A DNA stretch of 24,814 nt, from IMG/VR virus record IMGVR_UViG_3300023197_000085, positions 1-24,814 of that record; one strand, written 5' to 3'. This DNA comes from a virus. Lineage: Duplodnaviria; Caudoviricetes. The notes beneath the pieces are model-generated. The model had not been told where the DNA came from, did no database searches, and saw only the letters and a program-made list of their open reading frames with translations. Positions 8,165 through 16,825 of the stretch are shown here, one piece after another (the stretch's first letter is position 1; each line of letters opens with the position of its first letter). Position numbers and translations under genes: made by a program.

Positions 8165-8186
8165 CTTGGGGTGCCTTTCTAACGGT
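8102..8186. repeat. 85-bp direct repeat, copy 1 (chaperone RBS plus first ~21 codons)
   Basis: Aligns with 8792-8876 at offset 690 with 5 mismatches; 8145-8186 is identical (42 bp). Confidence 0.95.
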
Positions 8187-8202
8187 GGTGGGAATGTGGG
8201 CC

Positions 8203-8622
8203 ATGGCCGACAACGTCGAGCTCTTCGACGACTTCGCGGCGCGCATTCTGGCGCGGCTCTATGAGGAATTTCCCCGCGCCATGGAACTCGCGCCCCAGGT
8301 GATCGGGGTATCCGAGGAGCCGGACCCGTGGACGGACGGGCTCCGACGCGACACCGAGATCTGCATGGCCACGATATACCGGTTGCGCGACTTCGGGCTG
8401 ATCGCCGGCGAGCACGCGCCGTACGGGCTTTCGCAAGCGCGGCTCACCCTTCGCGGGCTCCAGGTCCTGCGCGGCGTGCCCGAATCGATCAGCGATGAGC
8501 CCGCCGGCCTGGGTCGGCGCCTGGCCGACACGATCGCGTCCAAGGGCCCCGGAGAGGCCGCGCGCTCGATCGTGCGCTCCGTCATCACCGAGGCCGTTCG
8601 GCTTGGGAGCGATCACCTTTGA
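8203..8622 (+). CDS. Hypothetical moron protein, possibly winged-helix
   Basis: 139 aa MADNVELFDDFAARILARLYEEFP...ATIYRLRDFGLIAG...ARLTLRGLQVL; protein-like composition, and L..xGLI...LT.xG resembles a winged-helix end. Confidence 0.8.
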   Translation: MADNVELFDDFAARILARLYEEFPRAMELAPQVIGVSEEPDPWTDGLRRDTEICMATIYRLRDFGLIAGEHAPYGLSQARLTLRGLQVLRGVPESISDEPAGLGRRLADTIASKGPGEAARSIVRSVITEAVRLGSDHL

Positions 8623-8854
8623 GGAACCACAGCAACTGCTGATAGCCCCACGCGCCGAGCACGTTCATGGCCGCGCAGAGCATCACGTTGATGCGCGCCT
8701 GGTGACCGGTGATGCCTTCCCGATCGATCAGGTCGGCGATCTTGGTCGCCACCTCGCGCGTGCGGGCGTTCGGCGCATACCCAGCGGAGGTGTCGCCCGC
8801 CCCGCCCCAGCCGGCGGGGGGTTCGGTTTGGTCTGTCGCGTTAGACGATGCCAT
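8585..8854 (-). CDS. Chimeric hypothetical protein starting with a duplicate of the chaperone N-terminus
   Basis: MASSNATDQTEPPAG vs chaperone MASSNATEQTETPAG; same RBS; unrelated sequence afterwards; 3' end overlaps the plus-strand moron by 38 bp. Confidence 0.5.
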   Translation of the reverse strand: MASSNATDQTEPPAGWGGAGDTSAGYAPNARTREVATKIADLIDREGITGHQARINVMLCAAMNVLGAWGYQQLLWFLKGDRSQAERPR

Positions 8855-8876
8855 CTTGGGGTGCCTTTCTAACGGT
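8792..8876. repeat. 85-bp direct repeat, copy 2
   Basis: Near-identical to 8102-8186. Confidence 0.95.
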
Positions 8877-9066
8877 CATCTGTTGCGTTCGCGGATCGCG
8901 CCCGCCGCGTATCCCGGCGGAGCTTGACGGGTGGCTCGGGCTGGCGCGGCGGATCGTCGGCCGGCACCGGCCGGCCCCGATGGCCTCGCTCGGGGCGCGC
9001 CTCGGGGAAGCCCATGTCCACCGTGCAACCGGGCAGGGCCGCGCGCGCGATCGGCCGGTCCGCCAT
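8869..9066 (-). CDS. Doubtful small hypothetical protein or gene remnant
   Basis: 65-aa ORF with GAGGT upstream filling the tube-repeat gap, but Arg/Pro-rich and without a recognisable motif. Confidence 0.25.
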   Translation of the reverse strand: MADRPIARAALPGCTVDMGFPEARPERGHRGRPVPADDPPRQPEPPVKLRRDTRRARSANATDDR

Positions 9067-9081
9067 GCCCGACCTCGCTGA

Positions 9082-9609
9082 TTACCGGCTGACGTTCTGG
9101 CGATAGGTGGCCATGAGATCCTCGCCGCCTGATCGCCAGATGTTGTTGAACACGTCGATCTCCAGGAGATCCGCGCCGCCCACCTTCAGGCTGAGGTAGT
9201 TGAGGGTGAGCGTGTCGTCGTAGCCGTCCGCGGCCTCGCGCGGCTTGACCGTGCCCAGGCCGGCTTCCTTCCACCAGCCCGTGACCTTGAGGATGTAGGG
9301 CTGCTGCTGGCTGCGGCCGCTGTTGTCGTGGGTCTCCAGGTTGCCCCGGATCTGCAGGTTGTTGGTCTCGAACGGGTTCGCGGCGGCCCGCAGGTGATCC
9401 TGGTAGAAGCCGGCCCATTTGATCTCCAGCTCCTGCTCCTGGAGCCCGCCGGCGGGCAGCACGAGCGAGCCGACCATGCCCACGCCCGTGTGCTCGTTCG
9501 TGGTCGGTTTCAGCTTGGGCAGGGTGATCTCGCTGGCCCGGCCCATGAGATCCAGGTTGCCGTCCAGGTAGACGTTGGCGTTGAAGAGCTTCTGGATGCT
9601 GATCGCCAT
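9082..9609 (-). CDS. Major tail tube protein (P2 FII-type)
   Basis: NANVYLDG...GRASEITLPKL...GMVG...LEIKW...LEIDVFNNIWRSGGED. Confidence 0.93.
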   Translation of the reverse strand: MAISIQKLFNANVYLDGNLDLMGRASEITLPKLKPTTNEHTGVGMVGSLVLPAGGLQEQELEIKWAGFYQDHLRAAANPFETNNLQIRGNLETHDNSGRSQQQPYILKVTGWWKEAGLGTVKPREAADGYDDTLTLNYLSLKVGGADLLEIDVFNNIWRSGGEDLMATYRQNVSR

Positions 9610-9621
9610 CGCGCGCGGCCC

Positions 9622-11070
9622 TTACTTGTAGAGGTTCGTCAGGTGGTCGAGCTCGGTGATGTGCTCGAACGTCATTCGCTCCATCGGCGGCGTCGCGACC
9701 CGCGTGAGCGTCCAGACGACGTGGCCGGCCGCGAGCTGCTCCGGCGGGTTGCGCTCGGGCAGGAACTCGATCTTGGCGCCGGGCAGGAGCGCGCCTTCGT
9801 CGATCTTGGCATTGAGGTAAGCCTGCACCGACTGGATGACGCCCTCGATGCGCGACTGGGTAACCGGCCCGTCGATGTACTGTAGCGCCCAGTACTCGAT
9901 GCTGTCGGTCAGCTCGTCGAAGGTGCGGCGCGTCTGGATGAACTGATCCTGGGCCGTCGAGCTCGGCCACGCGCTCGACCGGTTGCCCCAGGTCAGCAGG
10001 CCGCTGCCGAAGTTGTTGAAGACCGTGATGATTCCGGCCTCGTTCAGCTTGTTGACGTCGCTGTCCGGATCGTTGACGCGCGCGCTCAGCCGGCGCTCGA
10101 CGCCGGTGGCGGTGCGGATGTCCTCGTTGGAGGCCGAGACGTGCACGCCCTTCTCGCGGTCCGTGCGCGCCCGGATGCCCGCCATGGCGGCGGAGTACGG
10201 GAACAGCTCGGTGCGCTCCGTGACCCGGTTGTAGCCTTCGAGGTGCGGGTAGAGCAGGCCGATGCGTTCGTCGGCGACGTTGAAGTTGATATCGCCCTCG
10301 GGCCCGCGTCCCTTGATGGCGTCGTCGCGCGTCGTGCCGATGGGCGCGTCGGCGTAGGCGACGGCCTTGCACTTTTTCTCGGCGATGACCTGGCGCAGTG
10401 CCGAGACCACCGAGGCCTGGGTCGCGTAGACCGGCGCGATGCAGATCTTCGGGAACGTGCCGAACAGGTTGAAACAGTCCAGCCAGGCCTGCATGCCCGT
10501 CCGGTCGCCGCCGTCGGTGACGCCGCCGATGATGTCGGCCGGCGAGACCAGGCTCGGGTCGGCGTACTCGTAGCTCGCTGTGAGGCTCGCGCCCTCGGGG
10601 ATCTGGCCGTCGGCCAGGCGCGTGATCGTGCCCGTGGCCTGGTCGAGCGTGAAGTCCGCGTCCCGCGTGTAGCTCGTGCCGCCGTCGTCGCTCGTGAGCG
10701 TCAGCGAGATGATGTCCGGGTTCGCCGTCGTGGCGGTGCCGTCGCTGGACAGCGTCAGGCTCTCGTCACTGACGGATTGCTTGTGCGTGGCCGGGTCGAA
10801 GACGTTGACCACGAACGTGCGGCCGCCGCCCTCGCCGAAGATTGTGCGCTGGGCCCGCGGGATCGTGAAGCCCGGCCGCTCGGGGCCGAGCTTTTTCGCC
10901 ATGTCGCGGCCGTGGAGAACCTGGACGGGCTCGTGGATCGTCCGGTGCTCGGGATCGAGCAGGTGGATCGGCGCCGTCCCGACCAGGCCCACGATGCCCA
11001 TCGGGACCTCGCGGACGGGCCGGACCGACTGCGGGATCTCCTCGCTTTCAACGCCGTGCAAATAGGCCAT
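9622..11070 (-). CDS. Contractile tail sheath protein
   Basis: MAYLHGVE...IVGLVGTAP...AGIRARTD...SASN...LNEAGIITV...WGNRS...PPMERMTF. Confidence 0.96.
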   Translation of the reverse strand: MAYLHGVESEEIPQSVRPVREVPMGIVGLVGTAPIHLLDPEHRTIHEPVQVLHGRDMAKKLGPERPGFTIPRAQRTIFGEGGGRTFVVNVFDPATHKQSVSDESLTLSSDGTATTANPDIISLTLTSDDGGTSYTRDADFTLDQATGTITRLADGQIPEGASLTASYEYADPSLVSPADIIGGVTDGGDRTGMQAWLDCFNLFGTFPKICIAPVYATQASVVSALRQVIAEKKCKAVAYADAPIGTTRDDAIKGRGPEGDINFNVADERIGLLYPHLEGYNRVTERTELFPYSAAMAGIRARTDREKGVHVSASNEDIRTATGVERRLSARVNDPDSDVNKLNEAGIITVFNNFGSGLLTWGNRSSAWPSSTAQDQFIQTRRTFDELTDSIEYWALQYIDGPVTQSRIEGVIQSVQAYLNAKIDEGALLPGAKIEFLPERNPPEQLAAGHVVWTLTRVATPPMERMTFEHITELDHLTNLYK

Positions 11071-11297
11071 CAGGCGTCACCCTTGGAACTGGACGTGGAC
11101 TTGCCGCCCGTCTTGGCGCCGGACGTCTTGGAATGGGCGACGAGGTGGCCGCGGGCGACGGCGGCCTTCACCCAGGTGTTGCCGCTGGGCGCCGTGATCG
11201 TTGTGCCCGGAAACAGCATGAGTTCCCGGTCGCCGCCCTTGACGCGCAGCGTCACGCCGCTCGGCGGGCCGTGGTAGGTGTAGGTGGTCTCACTCAT
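11070..11297 (-). CDS. Small hypothetical protein upstream of sheath
   Basis: 75 aa YTYHGPPSGVTL...LFPG...VARGHL; overlaps both neighbours (translational coupling). Confidence 0.8.
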   Translation of the reverse strand: MSETTYTYHGPPSGVTLRVKGGDRELMLFPGTTITAPSGNTWVKAAVARGHLVAHSKTSGAKTGGKSTSSSKGDA

Positions 11298-11805
11298 TGG
11301 TCTCGCTCTCCCAGGTATGCTGGGCGAGGACGTCCCGGTCGGCGTCCTCGATGGTCAGCTTGGTGATGCCGTCGGCCAGCGGCGGTTCGTCCTGGGCCGG
11401 CGGGACGTAGGGCAGCGTCATCGTGACCACGAGCTCGTAGCGCCAGACGTTGCCCTGCTGCGCCACGAAGCCCTCGGAGACGGGCCGGACACCGCCCCCG
11501 CCCCGGGGCGCCCAGCCGGCGAGGCCGTCGCGCGTCGCCTCCAGGATCGGATAGATCCCGGTGTGGTCGCGCAGCCCGGTGGCGATCACCGAGATGGCCC
11601 ACTCGATTTCCCGGTCCTGGTGCCCGGCCGCCGTGTCCCGCGGCCGGCCGTACTGCCCGCCGTTCCAGCGCACGAGCACGAGCCCGCACCGCGCGCCGCG
11701 CGCGAAGTCGAAGCGCCCCGGATCGTCCGGGAACGCCTGCACCCGGCGGTCGGGCAGCCATGCGGCCAGCCAGTCGACGATCTCTTGTTCCAGCTCGGCG
11801 ATCAT
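11290..11805 (-). CDS. Gp37-like tail terminator/completion protein
   Basis: VQAFPDDP...LEATRDGLAGW...EGFVAQQGNVWRYEL; follows gp36. Confidence 0.82.
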   Translation of the reverse strand: MIAELEQEIVDWLAAWLPDRRVQAFPDDPGRFDFARGARCGLVLVRWNGGQYGRPRDTAAGHQDREIEWAISVIATGLRDHTGIYPILEATRDGLAGWAPRGGGGVRPVSEGFVAQQGNVWRYELVVTMTLPYVPPAQDEPPLADGITKLTIEDADRDVLAQHTWESETNE

Positions 11806-12281
11806 GACCCGCCGCCGATCCGTTCGCGCCAGGCCCGGAACTCGGGCGAGTCCGACAGCGGCGTGTCGCCGGCGGCGAGCCCGACCCGGTCCGTCGCCGG
11901 CTGGCTCCCGCCGCCCGAGGCGCCGCCCACGTCCAGGACGAACTTGCCGGCCTGGATGTCCTTGAGCCGCTGGATCGCCCGGTCGCGCCGCGCCACGACG
12001 TCGTCGCTCATGGTTGACTGGTTGATTCCGCCGGCGCGCGCGCGCAGCTCGTAGCGCGCCAGGTCGGCGGCGATCGCGGTGAGCTCCGGGGGCACCTCGG
12101 CGAGCGGGAGGGCGTACCGGGACCGCAGGTAGCCGTCCATCGCGGCCTCGGCGTCGCCGATCGCCGCCTCGACCGCGGCCGTGTCGTGGCCCTCGGCGCC
12201 GTCCGTTGCCGGCGCGAGGTCGATCAGCTCGCCCTCGCCGAAGCGCGCGCCCAAATCCGCCGGCGCGACGTAGCGCCCCAT
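11802..12281 (-). CDS. Mu gp36-like (DUF1320) head-tail connector
   Basis: DLGARFGEGELIDL...AIGDAEAAMDGYLRSRYALPL...DLARYEL...AIQRLKDIQAGK. Confidence 0.92.
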   Translation of the reverse strand: MGRYVAPADLGARFGEGELIDLAPATDGAEGHDTAAVEAAIGDAEAAMDGYLRSRYALPLAEVPPELTAIAADLARYELRARAGGINQSTMSDDVVARRDRAIQRLKDIQAGKFVLDVGGASGGGSQPATDRVGLAAGDTPLSDSPEFRAWRERIGGGS

Positions 12282-12284
12282 GGC

Positions 12285-12530
12285 TCAGTCCTCCGCCTGC
12301 TCGCCCCGTGCCGACCGGCCCTTGCCGCCGCCGGCCTTGCGCCCGCCGGCCTTGCCGCCGCCGGACGAGGCGTCGCCGCCCGACGCGTCGTCGCCGCCGG
12401 CGTCGCCGAGGCGGGTGACGCTCCCGGCCGGCAGGGCCGCCGCCTCGGCCTCGGTCAGCTCGACCGTGGCGCCCGGCGGATGCGCGTCGTTCCCGTGATA
12501 GACGACGCGGGTGGTGCGATAGCGCGGCAT
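12285..12530 (-). CDS. Small head-associated hypothetical protein (Mu gp35 position)
   Basis: 81 aa from MPRYRTT (12530): HGNDAHPPGATVELTEAEAAAL; coupled to the capsid stop. Confidence 0.75.
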   Translation of the reverse strand: MPRYRTTRVVYHGNDAHPPGATVELTEAEAAALPAGSVTRLGDAGGDDASGGDASSGGGKAGGRKAGGGKGRSARGEQAED

Positions 12531-13453
12531 CAGATCGCTCCCTGGATGAGCACGCCCGCGTCCGGCCCGACCAGCTCGGGCGAGACCTCGTCGGTGACCG
12601 GATACTTCCAGGACTTCACGTCCTTGTCGAACCAGGGCTGCTCGACCATCGGGTGGTTGCGCAGGCGGTAGAGCCAGCCGAAGCTGGGCACCCGCGCCCG
12701 GCGCTGCTGGCTGACGTAGGCCAGGACGACGTCCGTGCCCCAGACGTCGTGCATGTGCCCGTCCGCGTCCGCGTAGACCGCGTCGCCGACCAGGATCCGG
12801 GGGATGCCGAAGTAGGTCTGGAGCATGCCCACGGTGATGTTGTCCGGGCTCGTGTGCTTGAAGTGGTCCCGGATCCGCCGGTGGCGGCGCAGCTTGGCGA
12901 GCACCTGCGCCGGGATTTCCAGGGTGTTCGGGCGCAGGCCGATCGCCTTGCGGATCTGCTCGGACATGTCGAGAATGACCGTCAGCGGATCGCTGTCGTT
13001 GGCGCTCCATTTGTCCGACCCGGCCAGCGCGACGACGTGGCTGGCGTCGTACTTGCCGCTGTCGCGCACGAGCTCGGCGCTCTCGATCTCGACCTCCAGG
13101 CTGACGATGTTCTGGACGTCCTCGACCGCTTCCTGGCCGAGATCGATGCCCGGCTGCTGCTGCGCCTCGTCCAGGTGCTCGCGCGGCACCAGGCCGTTGA
13201 GCGCGTGCTGGTGGAGCCGCGCCGGCGCGCCCTCGTAGCCGAACATCACGTCCTGGGTCTGGGCGCCGGGCGCGCGCCGGGTGTTGTAGCGCTGGAAGCT
13301 CTCCTTGGAGAACTCGATCCGCTTGAACCCGCGCACGGGCACCGTCACCGTCGGCAGCAGCGACGTGGCGATGTGCTCGGGATGGACGTAGCCGCGCGCG
13401 TGGCTCGTCAGGATCGGGTCGATCACGCGGCGTTGTTGCGTGTTCGGTGCCAT
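12530..13453 (-). CDS. Major capsid protein
   Basis: 307 aa from MAPNTQQRRVIDPILTSHARGY; LAGSDKWS...SDPL...IGLRPNTL...VWG...PSFGWLY...AGVLIQGAI. Confidence 0.92.
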   Translation of the reverse strand: MAPNTQQRRVIDPILTSHARGYVHPEHIATSLLPTVTVPVRGFKRIEFSKESFQRYNTRRAPGAQTQDVMFGYEGAPARLHQHALNGLVPREHLDEAQQQPGIDLGQEAVEDVQNIVSLEVEIESAELVRDSGKYDASHVVALAGSDKWSANDSDPLTVILDMSEQIRKAIGLRPNTLEIPAQVLAKLRRHRRIRDHFKHTSPDNITVGMLQTYFGIPRILVGDAVYADADGHMHDVWGTDVVLAYVSQQRRARVPSFGWLYRLRNHPMVEQPWFDKDVKSWKYPVTDEVSPELVGPDAGVLIQGAI

Positions 13454-13463
13454 GACCGCTCCG

Positions 13464-13811
13464 TCAGTTCGGGATGATGAAAACCTGGACGCGCCGGCCG
13501 TCGCCGGCGGCGTCCTGCCAGGCGCGCGCGACCTTCGGTTTGTCGCCGCCGCCATCGTGCCGGACGAGCTTGCCGTCCTCGCCGACCTTAAGGGCGTCGC
13601 CGTTGGTCAGCGCCTCGCCGGCGATGGCGGGAACCAGCCCGAGGGTCTCGACCGTGAACGCCTCGCCCTGCTGGGCGTCGGTGAACGCGAGGCCGGCCAT
13701 CGGGCCGTCCTTGGCCGCGACCGTGCCGTCCGGCGCGACGGCCTGGGCGGCCTTGATGTCGGCCGCGGCGATCCGGGTGAGCGGCAGGGCCGAGACGCGT
13801 TGTTCAGACAC
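13464..13811 (-). CDS. Capsid cement/decoration protein (DUF2190-like)
   Basis: 115 aa, AGEALTNGDALKVGEDGK...ARAWQDAAGDG; lies between protease and capsid. Confidence 0.8.
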   Translation of the reverse strand: MSEQRVSALPLTRIAAADIKAAQAVAPDGTVAAKDGPMAGLAFTDAQQGEAFTVETLGLVPAIAGEALTNGDALKVGEDGKLVRHDGGGDKPKVARAWQDAAGDGRRVQVFIIPN

Positions 13812-15024
13812 GGCCGCCTCCCACGGCCTGGACGGCCGTCATGTAGTCGGCGTTGGGGTTCTGGCGCTGATACTCGAGCGCCTGCTGGTGGATCTTCAGG
13901 CGCTCGCCGTCGACCTCGGCATCCGGCGGGGCGGCGAAGGCCGGGTCCTGCTCGCGGGCCTGGCCGCCGTCCGGCGCGGCCTCGCCCAGCGGCACGGCCT
14001 GGGGCAGGCTGTCCAGCAGGCGCTTGAACTGCGCGAGCGGCGTGCGCTTTTCGTCGCCGCCGCCGAACGCGAGCTCGGTCTCGTCCGCGCCGAGCTGATC
14101 CATGAAGTCCAGGGTCTCGGCCTTGAGGCCGGGCGGAAAGCGCCCCGCGTTGATCGCCGCGTCGAGGGCGCGCGCGTTCTCCGCCCGCCGGATCTGGCGC
14201 TCGCGCTCGGCGAGCTGGGCCTCGCGCGTGGCGAGATCCCGCGTGCCGTCGCCGGCGGCGGCGGCGCCACTGGTCGTGGCCGCCGGCGGCGCGGCCGGTG
14301 GCTGTTGGTTGCCGGTCATGTCCGTGGTCTCCTCGTTGCCGGGGGATGCCAGGCTGTCGCCGGCCGGCTCGCCGTCGGCCGGCGTGGGTTGCGCCCAGGC
14401 GCCGTCCTCGCGCAGCCAGCCGACCTCGAACTCGGGGATCACCCGATCCGCCGCGTCGCGGCCGTCGCGCTCGATGAACAGATCGCGCAGGTTCTGGAAC
14501 AGCGCCGCCAGCGCGTTCGCCGCCGGCGGCGCGCCCAGGGTGATGACGACGTCCTCGTCCCGCGCGAACGCCGCCTCGGTCACGGGCTTGAGCCCGGACA
14601 CCGCCGGCGCGGCCGCGCCGAGCAGGCCGATGTGCTTGGGGTAGTGGTGGCCGGGCGTGGGGTTGTTGGGCGCCTTGGGCGCGAACAGGGACAGGCTGAC
14701 CTTGCGAAAGCGCCCGTCCTGGACGGCCCGGTCGATCTCGGGATGCACGTCGCTCAGCGACGCGACCAGGCGTTCGCCGTCGCCCTGCCGCTCGATCGTG
14801 AACGCGTCCGCCCAGGCGAAGGCGGGATCGTCGGTCTTGGGATGCCCGATGACCAGGGGCGCGGCGTGCAGGTCCGGGTCGTAGCGCCCGGCGATGTCGC
14901 CGAGATCCTGGGCGCTAAACGACACGTCCGCGCCCGACATCGGTTTGAACGTGCCGGGGCGCAGGACCTCGATCCGGCGCGCCAGGGGCTTGCTTTCGTG
15001 ATTCTGCGTCGACACGGCGGCCAT
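13804..15024 (-). CDS. Mu I-like head maturation protease/scaffold
   Basis: IEVLRPGTF...APLVIGHP...GRFRKVSLSLF...HIGLLGAAAPAVSGL plus a coiled-coil scaffold C-terminus. Confidence 0.92.
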   Translation of the reverse strand: MAAVSTQNHESKPLARRIEVLRPGTFKPMSGADVSFSAQDLGDIAGRYDPDLHAAPLVIGHPKTDDPAFAWADAFTIERQGDGERLVASLSDVHPEIDRAVQDGRFRKVSLSLFAPKAPNNPTPGHHYPKHIGLLGAAAPAVSGLKPVTEAAFARDEDVVITLGAPPAANALAALFQNLRDLFIERDGRDAADRVIPEFEVGWLREDGAWAQPTPADGEPAGDSLASPGNEETTDMTGNQQPPAAPPAATTSGAAAAGDGTRDLATREAQLAERERQIRRAENARALDAAINAGRFPPGLKAETLDFMDQLGADETELAFGGGDEKRTPLAQFKRLLDSLPQAVPLGEAAPDGGQAREQDPAFAAPPDAEVDGERLKIHQQALEYQRQNPNADYMTAVQAVGGGRV

Positions 15025-15077
15025 CCCGTTGCGTCGTTGGATGGCCGCACCCTGACGATCCGCCGGGCGCGCGTGCG

Positions 15078-15092
15078 CCGAAAAGGTTTTCG
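15078..15092 (-). promoter_or_regulatory. Putative late-activator binding site (P_I equivalent)
   Basis: CCGAAAAGGTTTTCG palindrome 53 nt upstream of the I gene start. Confidence 0.65.
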
Positions 15093-15117
15093 CCGAGGTT
15101 GACTGGCCGGGCTCGCC

Positions 15118-16011
15118 CTAGATCAGGTCGAGCTGCTGCGCGGCGGGCTGGGCCGACTTGTGGTCGAGAACCTCGACCACGCGATGCTCGGTGTGCAGCC
15201 CTTTCTTATCGCGGGTTTGCCGCACGTTCACCTTGCACACGAGCACATCGCCCTTGGCGAAGGCGACCTCGTTTTCGTTCACGCGGTCGAGGAAAGTCTG
15301 GTCGTCGATCGTCACGGAGATGGTGTTGTTGCCGTCGTGCAGACGCCACTTGTTGTCTTCCTTGAACGCAAGGGAGACGATCGAGTAAGCGGTCGTGTGG
15401 GTATCGTCCACGAGGACTTCCTCGGGCGGCTCCGGAGCATCGAAGTAGCGGGCCTCCGATTTCTCGATGAGGACCGGCTCGGTCCGCCCATCCATGTTCT
15501 GCCACTCGGCCGAATCGATCTGCGGATCATCGACGACGCGGGCGAAGTCCGACATCGCCTTGCGCACGGCCTGGTCCTGGTAGAGCTTCCAGACCTTGAA
15601 CGGCACGATCAGCCGGTGGCTGCCTTTCCGGATGCTCACGTTGCCGTCGTCGTGATGCTCGACCCGCTCCGGGTTCTCGCCGCGGAGTTGCTTGATCAGC
15701 CAGATCAGCCCGCCGCCACCGCCGCCGACCGGGGTCGTCAGGCTGGCGGCCGCCGTCACACCGTCGCCGCTGAGAAAGCCCACCACCTGCTCGTAAATCG
15801 ACTGGGCGCATTGAAGCCCGACATCGAAGCAGGCCGTCTCGGTCGCCGTGACCTCGACGCGCACCTTGGCGGCGTCGCCGTTGAGGGTCGCGTTCGCCGC
15901 GTCGAAGATCTGGCCGACGGACATCAGCGCGGGCGCGAGATCCCGCACGTCCATCGTCCCCTGCGCGACGCCCGCCCCGTCGAAACGGATCCGAAAGCCG
16001 GCTTCCGTCAT
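15118..16011 (-). CDS. Accessory (moron) hypothetical protein between G and I
   Basis: 297 aa from MTEAGFRIRFDG (16011); MDVRDLAPALM...; C-terminus FKEDNKWRLHDG...IDDQTFLDRV...FAKGDVL is beta-rich; visibly lower GC than flanks. Confidence 0.85.
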   Translation of the reverse strand: MTEAGFRIRFDGAGVAQGTMDVRDLAPALMSVGQIFDAANATLNGDAAKVRVEVTATETACFDVGLQCAQSIYEQVVGFLSGDGVTAAASLTTPVGGGGGGLIWLIKQLRGENPERVEHHDDGNVSIRKGSHRLIVPFKVWKLYQDQAVRKAMSDFARVVDDPQIDSAEWQNMDGRTEPVLIEKSEARYFDAPEPPEEVLVDDTHTTAYSIVSLAFKEDNKWRLHDGNNTISVTIDDQTFLDRVNENEVAFAKGDVLVCKVNVRQTRDKKGLHTEHRVVEVLDHKSAQPAAQQLDLI

Positions 16012-16042
16012 CCCAAAACCCAGCCGGTGAGCACGCCGGGAA

Positions 16043-16071
16043 CGTGTAGGGAGTTTCGGAAGCCATCGCAA
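16043..16071 (-). promoter_or_regulatory. Possible sigma70 promoter for the G-I moron
   Basis: Minus strand TTGCGA-17 nt-TACACG; imperfect -10. Confidence 0.3.
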
Positions 16072-16213
16072 CATTGAACAGATGGTCCGCTAACGCCCGC
16101 TAACGCATCGTGTGGCGCCGCTCATCGGCAATCGCGGCCCGTCGGCCATCCAAGCGGCGTGAACGCCGCACGGCCCGCATGACGCACGACCGCCCGGCGG
16201 CTCGCAATCCCGT

Positions 16214-16681
16214 TCAGCCGTCCAGACCGAGGTGGTCGCGGATGATGTCGTTGATGGCCGCCTGGTCGTCGTCGGAGACGCCGAGGTAGGGCCGCGCCGG
16301 GATCGTGGCCGCGCCGCCCTTGCCGGCCTGGCCGCCTTCCTGGTGGATGCGCGCGTAGGGCAGCGGCGAGCCCAGGGAGAGCTGGGCGCCCTGGATGCGG
16401 TAGTTGATCGACCCGCGCAGGCCGCCGCGCAGGCCCTCTTCCTGGAGGATGAACGGCCGGCGCTTGCGTTTCTTTTGCTTGAGCGTCGCCGGCTTGAGCG
16501 GCGCCCAGGGCGCGCCGTCCGGCCCTTGCTCCCGGCGGAAGCGTTCGTCCGTGGACTGCAGCAGCTCCTCGCCGATGTCGGGCAGCGCGTCGACGAGCTG
16601 CCGGGCCTGGCGCAGTGGCTTGGTCAGGGCGTCCCGGACGTCGGGATCGCCGAAGTCGATCTTCACGGATGCGCCGCGCAT
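16214..16681 (-). CDS. Phage virion morphogenesis protein (Mu G/gp31)
   Basis: IGEELLQSTDERF...GPDGAPWAPLKPAT...LRGSI...YARIHQEGG...IPARPYLGVS; GGAGG RBS. Confidence 0.93.
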   Translation of the reverse strand: MRGASVKIDFGDPDVRDALTKPLRQARQLVDALPDIGEELLQSTDERFRREQGPDGAPWAPLKPATLKQKKRKRRPFILQEEGLRGGLRGSINYRIQGAQLSLGSPLPYARIHQEGGQAGKGGAATIPARPYLGVSDDDQAAINDIIRDHLGLDG

Positions 16682-16825
16682 CGCTATCCTCCGTCGTATG
16701 GCGTCCGGTTCGCCGGACGGTAGCGGGTCCGCCGCGCGGGACCCGCGAAGGCCCCACCGCGATTCGCGCCGGGACGCGCCAGCAGCGGCGGGGGCAAGCA
16801 GCGGGCCTCCCGGGGCCCGGCCTGC

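Noticed and set aside
8102-8876. Direct repeats as a DGR TR/VR pair or IS ends
   Set aside because: Mismatches include G/C changes and are not adenine-specific; repeats are direct, with no RT or transposase between them.
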